Source: Eledone cirrhosa (Eukaryota). From it: a stretch of 64,000 nucleotides of DNA. The first letter of the stretch is position 1; each line of letters begins with the position of its first letter. The notes beneath the pieces were generated by a model that worked only from the letters and a program-made list of their open reading frames with translations, had not been told where the DNA came from and ran no database searches. Positions 1-12,816 of the stretch are shown here, piece by piece. The translations under genes and the position numbers were made by a program. The stretch is taken from assembly GCA_964016885.1 (NCBI GenBank), contig OZ024743.1, forward strand, positions 26,040,001-26,104,000. The letters are read 5' to 3'.

Positions 1-1118
1 ACAGTGGTAACATGAAGGCCGCCTACCCTCAACAGAAATGTTTATGTGTGAAATTCCATCCAGAGGCACACGTTGGGGTATTTTAGCTATCCATTCTGGC
101 CACATTTGGACGTCCATGCTTGTACCATTGAATGTGCCCTGGAGGACTTTCCCACCGAAATGATGGTGTCTTCGTCGAAATCGATGAAGCCAGTTAAAAT
201 CCACCAGACGTTTACATTTGGCGCAATGTTCGAAATTTTTATTTTTTGCGTTCTTTTTCCCATATATGTGGGGAAAAAGGTGTAAAGGGGGGACACAATC
301 AGCGATACAGAATATTTTGTGCTGTCAATTGGTCTTTCAACAACACCGAAATGCTTCCAAAAAGTTTCCCTTTTTTGATGAAGGCCCTTCATGGAATTCT
401 TCAGAACCAGTTCAATATCGTTTTGGGATAATTGAACTGGTTTTTTCGATACATTTGAAACCGTCCTAAAAATTACTGTTTTTAGAACAGTTTCTCTGCG
501 TAACTGTTGAGGAGAAGTGATGCTGAAAGCACCACTCTCACCAAAAGTTACATACTGTTTTGCATCGCTTAACATTTCCCTAGCATTGGAAATGTCAAGG
601 TATGTGAACAGTTCCGTCTTTTGGACGGTTTGAGCAAAGGAAATATTTTCCTTGTTCGTGGAGTTGTTCGTGTTGCTGTTGTTGTTGGTGGTGTTGTTGT
701 TATCATTGTTGCTGTTGTTGTTGGTGGTGTTGTTGTTATCATTGTTGCTGTTGTTGTTCTTGTTGTCATTATTGGTGTTGTTGTTGTTGTTCTGGTTGGC
801 GTTGTTTATATTTTGCATGTTATTGATGTTTGTGTTAGTGTTGATGTTACAATCAACGTCCGACATCGTGTTTTCAGAACTGACGACATTTTCGATGTCT
901 TTCAATGAGGTGGTGAAAGGAGGTGACTGCGAGTTTAACACTCTTACCGCCTCTCCACCACTTTTAGTTTTGAATGCAGCGTTCATGATTGAATGCAAGG
1001 TTTGTTTACAATTTTTCACCGGCGAAATTTTTTTTCCAAACGAAAATTTCACCCCAGGGAGGGGTGAAGATGACTTGACTAGTGATGATTGGACTGAAAG
1101 TCCATACGTGGGGTCAAG
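1..1118 (-). pseudogene. ORF1 (gag-like, zinc knuckle) of a non-LTR retrotransposon; frameshifted, runs off the window start
   Basis: ORF 87-1052 has an Asn-rich low-complexity tract and stops at 87. An alternative frame over 120-1 reads SMDVQMWPEWIAKIPQRVPLDGISHINISVEGRRPSCYHC, the start of a CCHC-type knuckle typical of LINE ORF1. Confidence 0.6.
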
Positions 1119-1224
1119 CTATAAAATAGTAATAAATTTAACAATAAATTTTTGATTTCTTACTTAGAAAATCAACAAAAACTTACCAGCGAACTGGTAC
1201 ACGTCTCAAGTAAAACAGATAGAC

Positions 1225-1362
<138 letters not shown>

Positions 1363-1861
1363 AGCGTAATGGCAGAATTGCAGTATTTATTCCGGCTCTC
1401 TGCGCTCTTAGTTCAAATCTCATAGAGATCAACTTTGTCATTTATAAAATGTAGGACCAGTACAGGCGGGATTGTTGCAGTATTCGAAGGCAATACTTTA
1501 CGGTGTTTATTATGGCTCTGTGGCCTGTTTGAATGGTAGACTTAATCCTCTGCTCTTTTTAACACCATCGACCTCCGCTAAATATAAAGATTGTAGCCAA
1601 GTCTCTTGTTTGTGGATAATGTTCTCTCTCCTTCGAACAAGTCTAATAGGACGAAATGAGTCATTAACATTGTCCTTCTCTTCTTAACAAAACAGTGCAT
1701 ATATATATATATATATCTGGTGAGGCATAATAAGAACATGCTGCCTCGGTGGTCTCTGGCTCAAAAACAAAAACATAAATACATTTTTTCTTCTGATTTT
1801 TCTGTACTTGTTTCCTTAAAGTTTACCTTCCTTCCGTTGGTATACATCTATTAAGCAATTT

Positions 1862-1919
1862 ACACCTGAAGATGTCAACAGGTTCTTACATAACCTGGTC
1901 ACTGAAATCTGCATAGTGT
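1862..1919 (+). ncRNA. Type I hammerhead ribozyme motif (Penelope-like pLTR remnant)
   Basis: acac-CTGAAGA-stem II (caggtt/aacctg)-GAAA-tctgc-ATA-gtgt; stem I acac/gtgt. Confidence 0.6.
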
Positions 1920-1976
1920 TTGCAGAAATAAATAATTAAGGAAATTCAACATTTTTTGCCTCCTGTAATTTTACAT

Positions 1977-2235
1977 ATAGAAGTGGTTACACAACAGTTA
2001 GTTCACCATACCGAGAACAATTGTTTCACCTTAGCGGATCCTCAGTTCGTAATGGACATGGTTATACGGAACAGGAAGGACAACCGTATAACTATGTCCA
2101 TTACGAGCTGAGGATCCGCTAAGGTGAAACAATTGTTCTTGGTATGGTGAACTAACTGTTGTGTAACCGCTTCTATCTAACTCATCCCATGGCCTGAGTA
2201 CTCTACCACTACGGATATTACCTTCCTGTGTTCTA

Positions 2236-2238
<3 letters not shown>
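1977..2238. mobile_element. Penelope-like fold-back pLTR pair with a hammerhead in each arm, plus an unpaired tail
   Basis: Inverted repeat 1977-2176 with ~90 bp arms. Right arm 2102-2144 is cgag-CTGAGGA-tccgctaaggt-GAAA-caattg-TT with palindromic stem III. The tail runs to (TA)n. Confidence 0.7.
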
Positions 2239-2273
<35 letters not shown>

Positions 2274-2314
2274 CGAAACATAAGTCAATTGCATGAACTC
2301 ATAATCCTTTATTT

Positions 2315-2370
2315 ACTGCTATATATATTTCGATGATAGCCATTGAATGGCTATGACCTCATCAGGCAGT
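2315..2370 (-). ncRNA. Type I hammerhead ribozyme
   Basis: Reverse complement: actgc-CTGATGA-ggtca-tagccat-tca-atggcta-tcatc-GAAA-tatatatA-gcagt; stem I actgc/gcagt, palindromic stem III. Confidence 0.8.
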
Positions 2371-3199
2371 TAGTCAGTTCTTAGATATGCCAGCTCTGTG
2401 TTTTTGGTATTGATGGTTTCAGAGCCTTGGGACATATGAGCTTGTTAGGGATAATTTAATGTTGCCAGCAGGAATAATCTTAATTCTCATTGGTCAGTTT
2501 GTAGATGTTAGTAGGGTTGGTATTTGACCTCAAAGAGGCTGGTGGTGTTGTAAAGTTCAAACCGTCAGGCAAGATGACAATAGTTCCATATGACTGATTT
2601 TCACAAAAAGCATTCCTGGTCAGAAATATATTCAATTGGGGTTTATAGTATGAAATTCGATACTACAGGTCATTCTTAAATTGAGGAATTTGTGTGGGGT
2701 GGTACTACTGAAAATTATGGTTAGAGTCAAATACTAGAAAGTTTACATATAAAAAGACTTATGTTGGTTGACTTGCACATACACTCACACCTACCCCCCC
2801 CCACACACACACACACACACACACATCTACACACACAAATCCATACAGGTGTGTATATATTTGTATGTACGCACAAGTGCATATATATATACAACAGAGG
2901 CCCCCAAATCCATTTATATATATATATATATATATAGTTATGTAATAAACAACATAAGATAATTATTTCATTTAACAGTGGTTTCTTGAAAGCAAATAAA
3001 TCTGCTTTCAGTCGTCAGAATGAAAAGATCCTGTTGTTTTTATTGAATGTGGATTACATAACTAATAAGCTCTGTAACCTACATAGAGCACTCTTTTTTC
3101 CTAGACCTTTCCGGCGGAATTACTTCATTTACACACACATATATATATCTTTAAAGGCTTCAACCTCTCTATACAGGTTGAGGCCAATCTCTCGGTCGT

Positions 3200-5236
3200 T
3201 AATTACCTCGACGTTACCTTCAATTTATTGAATGGGTTGTATTACCCGTATAGAAAGCCGAATGATACGCTTAATTACATAAGTAAGCATTCCAACCATC
3301 CTGCCAGCATAACCAAGAACCTGGTAAGAAACGTTTCGTTGAGGCTTTCCCGTCTTTCCACCAACGAGCGCATTTTCAACGACCATTCCACTTATTACAA
3401 TGAAGCTCTTGCTCGAAGTGGATTTGTCGATAAGGTAGCATATACAGAGTATGAAAATAGACCTAGAAGAAATAGATCCCGTCGCATTTGTTGGTTTAAC
3501 CCACCATATAATATGGAGGTGGCCACACCATTAGCTAATATCTTTCTTTCCCTTATTACGAAGCATTTTCCCCCTACACATAAATATAGTAAAATTTTTA
3601 ATAGAAATACTATTAAAATTTCTTACTCTACGACTCCTAACCTTGCACATAACATCACAGCTACAAACTTAGCTAAACTACCTAGCCGTAGGAATACGTG
3701 CAACCCTGTAGTTAGTACGAACTGTAATTGTAGGAATCGGGCTGATTGCCCCCTATCCGGGAAATGCCTCTCTAGTAACATTGTCTACAAATGTAAGGTT
3801 GTAACACCCACGTCCCGTGGGGCCTACATAGGGTTAACCGCCAATAGTTTCAAGCAACGTCTTTACATGCATACCCATTCTTTTCGTTACCCTCTAAGAA
3901 GGAATATGACGTCACTTTCAGCTTATATCTGGAGTCTAAAAGACAACCACACCCAATATAAGTTACACTGGGAGATCCTAGCTAGGGCTAGATCGTATAA
4001 CGGAAATAAAAGACCATGTGACCTCTGCGCCGCTGAGGCCCTGGAAATACTCTACGCTACAGACCACATCTTAAACAAAAAATCTGAGGCAATTTCGGCT
4101 TGTAAACATAAATTGCACAAAACTTTCCTGTATTACAGCCCCACGTTATACCCTAACGGATAGCACGATCTATACGTGGATATTTTACGTCTTGATGTGG
4201 GAGCTAAGTATATGTTTTGTTTATTCCTTTATTTATATATTACCCATATGTTTTGTGAAGGTATGTATACCTTCTCGTACGTATATTTGACTGTTATGGC
4301 GTATCATTTTTACATATTCTGGTATTTAGGGTTTGGCTATGTGTATACGGGAGTTTTGCATCCGAGTGAGTATGCAGGTTCGTACGTATGGTGGGTGTGT
4401 GTATATGTGTACTTCTTGTTTTAGTTGACTTACGTCTCCGAATATTCGTGTATTTATATGTAGGTATGTGTGTGCGCTTGTTATATACGTATTTATTTAC
4501 TTATATACGTTTAGATAATTATTTATTTATTTGTACACAAGCATACACACACACACATATTTATATGTGCGTGGTTTTGTATACCTATGGTAAGGTTTTG
4601 CGTATGCTTGTGTATGTACGTATCTGTTTGCGTGTATGTATTTATTTGTTTCTATTACTTCTGTATTGTATTTATTTACTTTGTTCTTAACTCTGTAGCG
4701 GAGATTCATTTGGTCTCCTAGTTAGAATTTTAGTCTACCACTTCTGCTATACCATTTACGTGGTTTTGTCTTTGCGTTCTTTTGTTCTCCACGCTCCACA
4801 TACGACTTATGATCTTCGTTTTTTCGTTCATTGCCAGAGAACGTCTCTATGCACCACCTAAGAGAACATTAGTCTACGACCTCTTTTATACCATAAACGT
4901 GGTTTTGTCTTTGCGCGTAATTGTTTTTCACCGCTCCTATTAATGACGTATTATTCGTTTTTTCCCGTTCTTTGCCAGCGAACGTTACCACGAACCAAAG
5001 TATCGTCTTCCTGTCTTCCTCCGGTTGCAACGTTTTTTTAAAATATCCAGTTCTGCGTTTACAGATTGACTTTGTTAGTTTCAGAAGATCCCGTTAAGGG
5101 TGAAAGCAGCGATTCTTTGCTTAAACTTTAATCTGTTATTTTAATAAATATTTGCTCTACGGTTCTTATATATTTGATATATATTTTCCTTATCGAGCCC
5201 TCTTTGGATTTTAGTCTTCAATTTTATTATTATTAC
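3200..5236 (+). mobile_element. Naiad-type Penelope-like retroelement with long 3' UTR/pLTR
   Basis: GIY-YIG ORF, then a UTR with a ~140 bp tandem duplication (4729-4990) and a degenerate hammerhead at 5082-5122 (cAGAAGA-tcccgttaagggt-GAAA), ending in (TA)n. A related inverted hammerhead remnant lies at ~2985-3030. Confidence 0.7.
3228..4163 (+). CDS. 5'-truncated Penelope-like (Naiad-type) ORF: RT thumb, Cys-rich linker and GIY-YIG endonuclease
   Basis: Motifs YRKPND..YISKHSNHP, WFNPPY, KIFNRNTIKISYS, CNCRNRADCPLSGKC, NIVYKC..YIGLT..FKQR, CDLC..E, LNKKSE...CKH. Confidence 0.85.
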   Translation: MNGLYYPYRKPNDTLNYISKHSNHPASITKNLVRNVSLRLSRLSTNERIFNDHSTYYNEALARSGFVDKVAYTEYENRPRRNRSRRICWFNPPYNMEVATPLANIFLSLITKHFPPTHKYSKIFNRNTIKISYSTTPNLAHNITATNLAKLPSRRNTCNPVVSTNCNCRNRADCPLSGKCLSSNIVYKCKVVTPTSRGAYIGLTANSFKQRLYMHTHSFRYPLRRNMTSLSAYIWSLKDNHTQYKLHWEILARARSYNGNKRPCDLCAAEALEILYATDHILNKKSEAISACKHKLHKTFLYYSPTLYPNG

Positions 5237-5240
5237 TATA

Positions 5241-5277
<37 letters not shown>

Positions 5278-5283
5278 TTATAT

Positions 5284-6029
5284 ATCGCTATATTTGATTT
5301 GCAAAGCTGTCTAAACGTATTGTTATAACTCTGGGGTATTAGCCGCCGCCGAAAGCTTCGTTAATGCTGTACTAAAATTTGTATTTTAACTCCTAGAATT
5401 AACGATTAACTGATTAATTTAATTAGACAATTCTATTGATTGATTAATTGTTTATGTTTGTTTGATAACTTCTGGTTGAGTGCTTAATTCGGTTTGTCTA
5501 AGGGAATTTCATTACTTTGTCTCAAAGTTCGAATTCACTGCCAAACGGGGGTTACCTCCCTTTGAGAAATCCACGGGTCTATAGCGAAATTTACTGCTAG
5601 AACACACCCGCTGAGGCTATAGAACGCAAGACTTGTTGACGAAGTAAATCCTTTGTTCTGTCGTCAAAGGCCATTAACTTGCAGACCCCTGCAAGCGGAA
5701 TTAGTCGATCTCGGATTTACAGAAACCTAGCGTAGGTGTTGTATGTTATATGTGATGTATATCGTATGCTATACGATATGCATTTTGTGTTGCATTCGGT
5801 CTCCGCATTATGGTCCAGGTCAGTCAAAAATCTTTTCCTGAGTCCAGTCTTTTTCGTTGCTATGGCAATGCGGCTGGACTGCCGATCGCTATATTTGATT
5901 TGCAAAGCTGTCTAAACGTATTATTATAACTGTGGGGTATTATTCTCCATCGAGTGCTAAAGCTACATTTCGAATTTGCATTCGTTAGCTTAGCCGCAGC
6001 CTAAAGCTTCGTTAATGCTGTAAAATTTG

Positions 6030-6030
<1 letters not shown>
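5284..6030. repeat. Dispersed direct repeat (5284-5383 vs 5885-6031) flanking a SINE-like fragment
   Basis: atcgctatatttgatttgcaaagctgtctaaacgtatt... occurs twice; the second copy has a ~50 bp insertion. Confidence 0.7.
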
Positions 6031-6090
<60 letters not shown>

Positions 6091-6204
6091 TAGATAGATC
6101 TCACTCGCTTACTCGTCAAATCAAGATACAATAGATACAACTACACCAAAAACAACACTACACATACCCAAGACGCACAGAGCTATACTCGGTAGTGCAA
6201 TAAT

Positions 6205-7000
6205 AATAATTGTTTCTACTTTTGGCACAAGGCCAGCAATTACCCAGTGCAATACTGGTACTTTATTTTATCGACCCCGTAGGGATGAAAAGCAAAGTTA
6301 ACCTCGACGAGATTTGAACTCAGACTGTAAAGGGACGTAACTATGCTGGAAAGCATGGCGTCTAACCCTCTACAGATACTGCCAATTCATAATGGTTTCT
6401 GATTTAGGCACAAGGCCTGTAATTTCGTGGGGAGAGGAAAGTCGTTTAAATCGGCTCCAGTGCATTACTGATAATTTATTTTATCAACCCAGTAAGGACG
6501 AAAGGCAAAGTTAACCTCGGCGGGATTTGAACTCAGAGCGTAAAGGGCCATAACTATATGCTGCAAAACATATTGTCCGACACTCTACCGATTCTGCTAA
6601 TCCTTAATAATTATTTCTACTATAGGCACAAGGCCAACAATTTGAAGTGAAGGGAAAAGTCGACTAAATCGACCCCAGTGTATTACTGGTGCTTTGTTTT
6701 ATCAACCCAGTAAGGATGAAAGACAAAGTTAACTTCACCAGGATTTGAACTCAGAGGGTAAAGCGCCGTAACTCTATGCCACAAAGTATATTGCTAATAA
6801 TAATAATAATTGTTTCTATTTTTGGCACAAGGCCAGCAATTACCCAGTGCATTACTGGTACTTTATTTTATCGACCCCCGTAAGGATGAAAGGCAAAGTT
6901 AACCTCGGCGGGATTTGAACTCTGATCATAAAGGGCCGTAACTCAATGCTGGAAAGCATGGCGTCCGACCCTCTACCAATACTGCCAATCCACCGCCAAT
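6205..7000 (-). mobile_element. Four head-to-tail copies of a tRNA-derived SINE
   Basis: Copies at ~6205-6388, 6392-6603, 6610-6795 and 6808-6998. Each has a B-box (gagttcaaatc) and the core aactttgcctttcatccttacggggtcgataaaataaagtaccag, which resembles the Meta domain as I recall it. Confidence 0.85.
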
Positions 7001-7994
7001 ACCGCCAATCCAAATCCCTAATAATAATGATGATGATGATGATGATGATTTTATTAGTCACACAGGATTGTCACGATGAAGACATTAAACACAGGACGAT
7101 ATAATGTGGGATTTTGCTCGGGTAAAAAAATATAACAGAAAAAAAAAAAAATAATAATAAACATCAATTCTGATGTTGCTGCTTATGATGGAGATGACTA
7201 TGTTGGTGACAATGATTCATTTCCAGCCCTAGCCTGCACCCCGGTTTATGACAGGGATGGGTGTTCGTACGTCGTCATGGTGACAACATAGAAACCACGC
7301 TCAAGTGAAGGGGAGATACCACACATGATGATGTCTATATTCTCTTTATAGCATCCAATGTTTCTATCTTTCAATCAATTTATCATCATTATCATCATCA
7401 TCATCATTACCGTTTTCTTTCTTCCTATATATCCCTGTCATTATCTATTGAGTTGGCGAATCATCGCTTAAAACGAGATATCACCGAGAGTACGATTATT
7501 TTTAAATAGCTTCCCAAGTGTAGCTAACAGGCGTATGTATGTATGTAAGTATGTATGTAAGTATGTATGTATGTATGTATGTATGTAAGTATGTATGTAT
7601 GTAAGTATGTATGTATGTATGTATGTAAGTATGTATGTATGTAAGTATGTATGTATGTATGTATGTAAGTATGTATGTATGTATGTAAGTATGTATGTAT
7701 GTATGTATGTATATATGTAAGTATGTATGTATGTATGTATGTATGTAAGTATGTATGTATGTATGTATGTAAGTATGTATGTGTGTATGTATGTATGTAT
7801 GTATGTACGTACGTATGTATGTATGTATGTATGTATGTATGTATGTATGTATGTATGTATGTATGTATGTATGTATGTATGTACGTACGTACGTACGTAC
7901 GTACGTATGTATGTATGTATGTATGTATGTATGTATGTATGTATGTATGTATGTACGTAAGTATGTAAGTATGTATGTATGTATGTATGTATGT

Positions 7995-8601
7995 CAGGTC
8001 ACCAGTTGGTGCTACTGGTAACATGTATCCCAGTACAACCTGTCTCATGGTCGGGTCGTTGGCGACTAAACTGGCAACCCCACCAAGGTTTCTTGGTGAG
8101 GAGGGTGACTTTGGACATCCTACAGGACTAAATACAAAACCTGTCAAAAAGGGCAAAGGAGCTCTTAAGAGTCAATGGCCATTTAAAATCACCGGGAGAG
8201 ATGACCCCTTAGCCTTTGTCAAGGCAGAATTCTAGGAGAAGGAAAACTCTGATATAACACCTGCAACCCTGATGGTATCCAATGATGTTGACTTGTTCTT
8301 CTTTTTGGTAAATATCATCTTGGTTAAGAGAGTGGGACTGGCTTTGTGCATTGCCTTTGCTCACTATAAAAGCTTCACGGCACAGGCATTGCTTTATATC
8401 TGGAGATCTCTCTGCACTTGTCCATCACGTGGTACCATGGGCCCAACACTATGTGTCAATAATTGTCACAAGTGTAGTGATTGTACCAGTTTTCAAGTCG
8501 CTGGCTGGACTAAAAAGTCACACTCGTTCAGCGCATCGGTAGGGGTTCTCCGACATGGATATAAAGTAGTGGCCGTACTCGAAAACAAGTTGGCAGCCAC
8601 C
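7995..8601 (+). mobile_element. Non-autonomous RTE-related element, copy 1
   Basis: Contains the RTE 5'UTR-like motifs gtcg..ggcgactaaa and ctaggagaaggaaaactctga; no coding capacity; near-identical to 9042-9647. Confidence 0.55.
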
Positions 8602-8627
8602 ATATATATATATGTATGTATGTATAT

Positions 8628-8661
<34 letters not shown>

Positions 8662-8662
8662 G

Positions 8663-8695
<33 letters not shown>

Positions 8696-8736
8696 ATATA
8701 TATGTATGTATGTATGTATATATATATGTATATATG

Positions 8737-8771
<35 letters not shown>

Positions 8772-8870
8772 GTATGTATATGTATGTATGTATGTATGTA
8801 TATATATGTATGTATGTATATATATATGTATGTATGTATGTATGTATATATGTATGTATGTATGTATGTA

Positions 8871-8906
<36 letters not shown>

Positions 8907-9000
8907 TGTATGTATGTATGTATGTGTATGTATGTATGTATGTATGTATGTATGTATGTATGTATGTATGTATGTATGTATGTATGTATATATATGTATG

Positions 9001-9034
<34 letters not shown>

Positions 9035-9041
9035 TGTATGT

Positions 9042-9647
9042 CAGGTCACCAGTTGGTGCTACTGGTAACATGTATCCCAGTACAACCTGTCTCATGGTCG
9101 GGTCGTTGGCGACTAAACTGGCAACCCCACCAAGGTTTCTTGGTGAGGAGGGTGGCTTTGGACATCCTGCAGGACTAAAAACAAAACCTGTCAAAAGGCA
9201 AAGGAGCTCTTAAGAGTCAATAGCCATCCAAAATCACCGGGAGAGATGACCCCTTAGCCTTTGTCACGGCAGAATTCTAGGAGAAGGAAAACTCTGATAT
9301 AACACCTGCAACCCTGATGGTATCCAATGATGTTGAATTGTTCTTCTTTTTGGTAAATATCATCTTGGTTAAGAGAGTGGGACTGGCTTTGTGCAGTGCC
9401 TTTGCTCAATATAAAAGCTTCACAGCACAGGCATTGCTTTATATCTGGAGATCTCTCTGCAGTTGTCGTCACTTGGTACCATGGGCCCAGCACTATGTGT
9501 CAATAATTGTCACAGGTGTAGTGTTTGTACCAGAGTTTTCAAGTCGCTGGCTGGACTAAAAAGTCACACTCGTTCAGCGTATCGGTAGGGGTTCTCCTAC
9601 ATGGATATAAAGTAGTGGCCGTACTCGAAAACGAGTTGGCAGCCACC
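9042..9647 (+). mobile_element. Non-autonomous RTE-related element, copy 2
   Basis: Same ends as copy 1 (caggtcacc... ...ggcagccacc); embedded in (TATG)n. Confidence 0.55.
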
Positions 9648-9990
9648 ATGTATGTATGTATGTATGTACGTACGTATGTATGTATGCATGTATGTACGTA
9701 TGTATGTATGTACGTATGTACGTATGTATGTACGTATATATGTATGTGCGTATGTATGTACGTATGTATGTATGTATGTATGTATGTATGTATGTATGTA
9801 TGCATGTATGTATGTATGTATGTATGTATGTATGTATGCATGCATGTATGTATGTATGTATGTATGCATGTATGTATGCATGTATGTATGTATGTATGTA
9901 TGTATGTATGTATGTATGTATATACGTATGTGTGTATGTATGTACGTACGTATGTATGCATGTATGTATATATATACGTATGCATGTATG

Positions 9991-10024
<34 letters not shown>

Positions 10025-10667
10025 TGTATGTATGTATGTACTATGTACGTATGTATGTATGTATGTATGTATGTATGTATGTACGTAAGTATGTAAGTAT
10101 GTACGTATGTATGTATGTATGTATGTAAGTATGTATGTATATACGTATGTATGTATGCATGTATGTACGTATGTATGTATGTATGTACGTATGTATGTAC
10201 GTATGTATGTACGTATGTATGTACGTATGTATGTACGTACGTATGTATGTACGTATGTACGTACGTATGTACGTATGCATGTATGTATGCATGTATGTAT
10301 GCATGTATGCATGTATGTATGTATGTATGTATGTATGTATATACGTATGTATATACGTATGTATGTATGTACTAACGTATGCATGCATGTATGTATATAT
10401 ATACGTATGTATGTATGTATGTATGTATGTATGTATGTATGTATGTATGTATGTATGTGTATCTATACATGTATAAATGTATGTATATACGTAGGTACGT
10501 ATATATGTATGACGTACATATGTATACATGTATGAGTGTTTGTATGCTTGCATATGTGCATGCGTGTATGTATGCATCTAAGTATGCAGGCATGCATATA
10601 TGTATGTATATATGTGTATGTACGTTTGTATACATGTATCTGCATAAATATATATATATATATATAT

Positions 10668-10869
10668 AGTTTTAATATAGATGAGATTCTACAGGACTAG
10701 AACTGTTTCATTCTTTAGAAATCATCAGGAATCAGCGATTCCTGATGATTTCTAAAGAATGAAACAGTTCTAGTCCTGTAGAATCTCATCTATATTAAAA
10801 CTTTTATACTCTGCTATGTATTGAGTACCTTACTTACTGTGGTTACCTCCGATTCAACCCGGAATAACG
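10668..10869. mobile_element. Penelope-like perfect fold-back with two mirror hammerheads and a tail
   Basis: Palindrome 10668-10802 with a 3-nt loop (agc, 10734-10736); tail to 10869; (TA)n on both sides. Confidence 0.8.
10737..10785 (+). ncRNA. Type I hammerhead ribozyme (mirror copy 10685-10733 on -)
   Basis: gattc-CTGATGA-tttctaaagaat-GAAA-cag-ttctagtc-ct-GTA-gaatc; all three stems pair; GUA cleavage triplet. Confidence 0.85.
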
Positions 10870-10902
10870 TATATATATATATATATATGGGGGGGGGGGT
10901 GT

Positions 10903-11105
10903 AAGTATAAAGAAAGTGCCCAAACGTAGAAATGCTATAAGATGGCTTATACAATACTGTTTCCATCGACCGCTATCTGAAAGATATGGGTTTGATTTCC
11001 ACATAGCACCCGATGTCAACTTCTTATTCTGTCTTTTAAGGGTCTTCACCCTTCTTTATAAGCTTTCTTTATAGCATTTCTGCACTTGAGCACTTTCTTT
11101 ATACT
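10903..11105. repeat. Degenerate inverted repeat between (TA)n tracts, probably an old PLE fold-back
   Basis: agtataaagaaagtgc..agaaatgctataa is complementary to ttatagcatttct..gcactttctttatact. Confidence 0.55.
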
Positions 11106-12099
11106 CATATATATATATATACATATATTCTCAACACTTCAAACCATTCTAATTCATGTATATTATTAATGTTTTTATAGCAAAGTCGAAAGGAAAGAAA
11201 GTATAGTGAGTATGACCTCTGTAGACCCAAAGGGACAGGTGAATGTGGTGTGTGAGAGAGAGAGGGAAAGAGATAGGGGGGAGTGTGTGTGTGTGTGAGA
11301 GAGAGTAATAAATTTCTGAAGGAAATAAGTGCATCTTGCGGCAACTAATCTAGCTGTACTCGGTGACCATGTGTTTCGATATTTGTATATTGGTTATGGG
11401 TGTGTTTGGGTCGCTAAAATTACCATCAGATGATGTATGACTGTATATAGGTACGCATAGAACAGATTTATTACAAGTGAAATTAATTATAATTTTTAAA
11501 ACCTGTGAGAATCTCGTCGATGTTTGCAATTCAACTATGTGGAAACTTTCCAAATGCTATTTCTCTCTAGAACATAAGCTCTGTTTCAACTAAAATTCCC
11601 ACTGAGCAGACATCTTGTCAGATAACCGCTATTTACAGTCAGATACTTCTGTCAGCTGAGGCGTGCTGACAGATTTGCTCTGTTTGCGTGCAACCAAGAG
11701 TCTGACAAAAAATCTACTGCCTGTAAATGTCATAATGAATAATGAATTATACTGTAGCTCTTCAATATGCAGCTATACGCCCGGTACTATCTTAACATCG
11801 AAACCCAGATTATGTAATATACAATGGGTGACTGAAGAGGCGGACATTCTTTCCTGTGTTGTCTCCGTGTATTTAATCCATTAATCCATATATATATATA
11901 TATGTGTGTCCTCGATGTGCCATTATTCTATCTTTTGAAGAAAAACAGATTTTGGTCCACATAAAATGCATATACTTTCATCTTGCGATTCTTCCTTTCT
12001 CTCTCTCTCTCACTCTCTCTCCCTCTCTCTATCTATCTTTATCTCTATCTCTCTATCTCTCGTTCTCTCTCGTTCTCTCTCTCGTTCTCTCTCTCGTCC

Positions 12100-12161
<62 letters not shown>

Positions 12162-12189
12162 GTGGCACAAGAAGCAAGCATTATTTCCT

Positions 12190-12560
12190 TTGGTGGATTG
12201 GCAGTATCGGTAGAGGGTCGGACACCATGCTTTCCAGCATAGAATTAACCCCTTTATAGTCTGAGTTCAAATACCGCCGAGGTTAACTTTGTCTGTCATC
12301 CTTACGGGGTCGATAAAATAAAGTACCAGTAATACACTGGGATAGTTGCTGGCCTTGGGCCAATAGTAGAAACAATTATTTCCTTTGTGCGGTGGATTGG
12401 CAGTATCAGTAGAGCGTCAGACACAATGCTTTACGGTCTGAGTTTAAATCCCGCCGAGGTTAACTTTGCCTTTCATCCTTACGGGGTCGATAAAATAAAG
12501 TACCAGTAATTCACTGGGATAATTGCTGGCCTCGTGCCATAAGTAGAAACAATTATTTCC
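12190..12560 (+). mobile_element. Two tandem tRNA-derived SINE copies
   Basis: ggtggattggcagtatc..gagttcaaat..ttcatccttacggggtcgataaaataaagtaccag..gtagaaacaattatt occurs twice. Confidence 0.85.
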
Positions 12561-12756
12561 TTTATTATCTCCGTGCGTCTATGTGCTCTATTTGTGTGCT
12601 CGCTGTAGTATTTCTATGATATAAGTATATAAATGTTCAGAAATAACTATGTACAGGTAGCCTGTAATTACCCAGGAACTTGTGATTGGAAAGTGAACTT
12701 CTTATTGGGGAAAAGCATTGTGTGTATGTTTGTTTGGATACATTTTAAAACGTCAT

Positions 12757-12816
<60 letters not shown>

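Larger units (their letters stand above)
7534..10670. repeat. (TATG)n/(TA)n/(TACG)n compound microsatellite field interrupted by two ~600 bp elements
   Basis: Directly visible; explains all the MYVC/YIHT ORFs in this interval. Confidence 0.95.

Noticed and set aside
621-1155. Hydrophobic membrane-protein-like ORFs on the + strand
   Set aside because: They are the antisense of the (AAC)n Asn tract in ORF1.
3228-4163. Selenoprotein-type Naiad element
   Set aside because: The conserved Cys positions are TGT/TGC with no in-frame TGA, and I could not identify a SECIS.
7524-10669. Long ORFs rich in MYVC/YIHT
   Set aside because: They are translations of the (TATG)n microsatellite.
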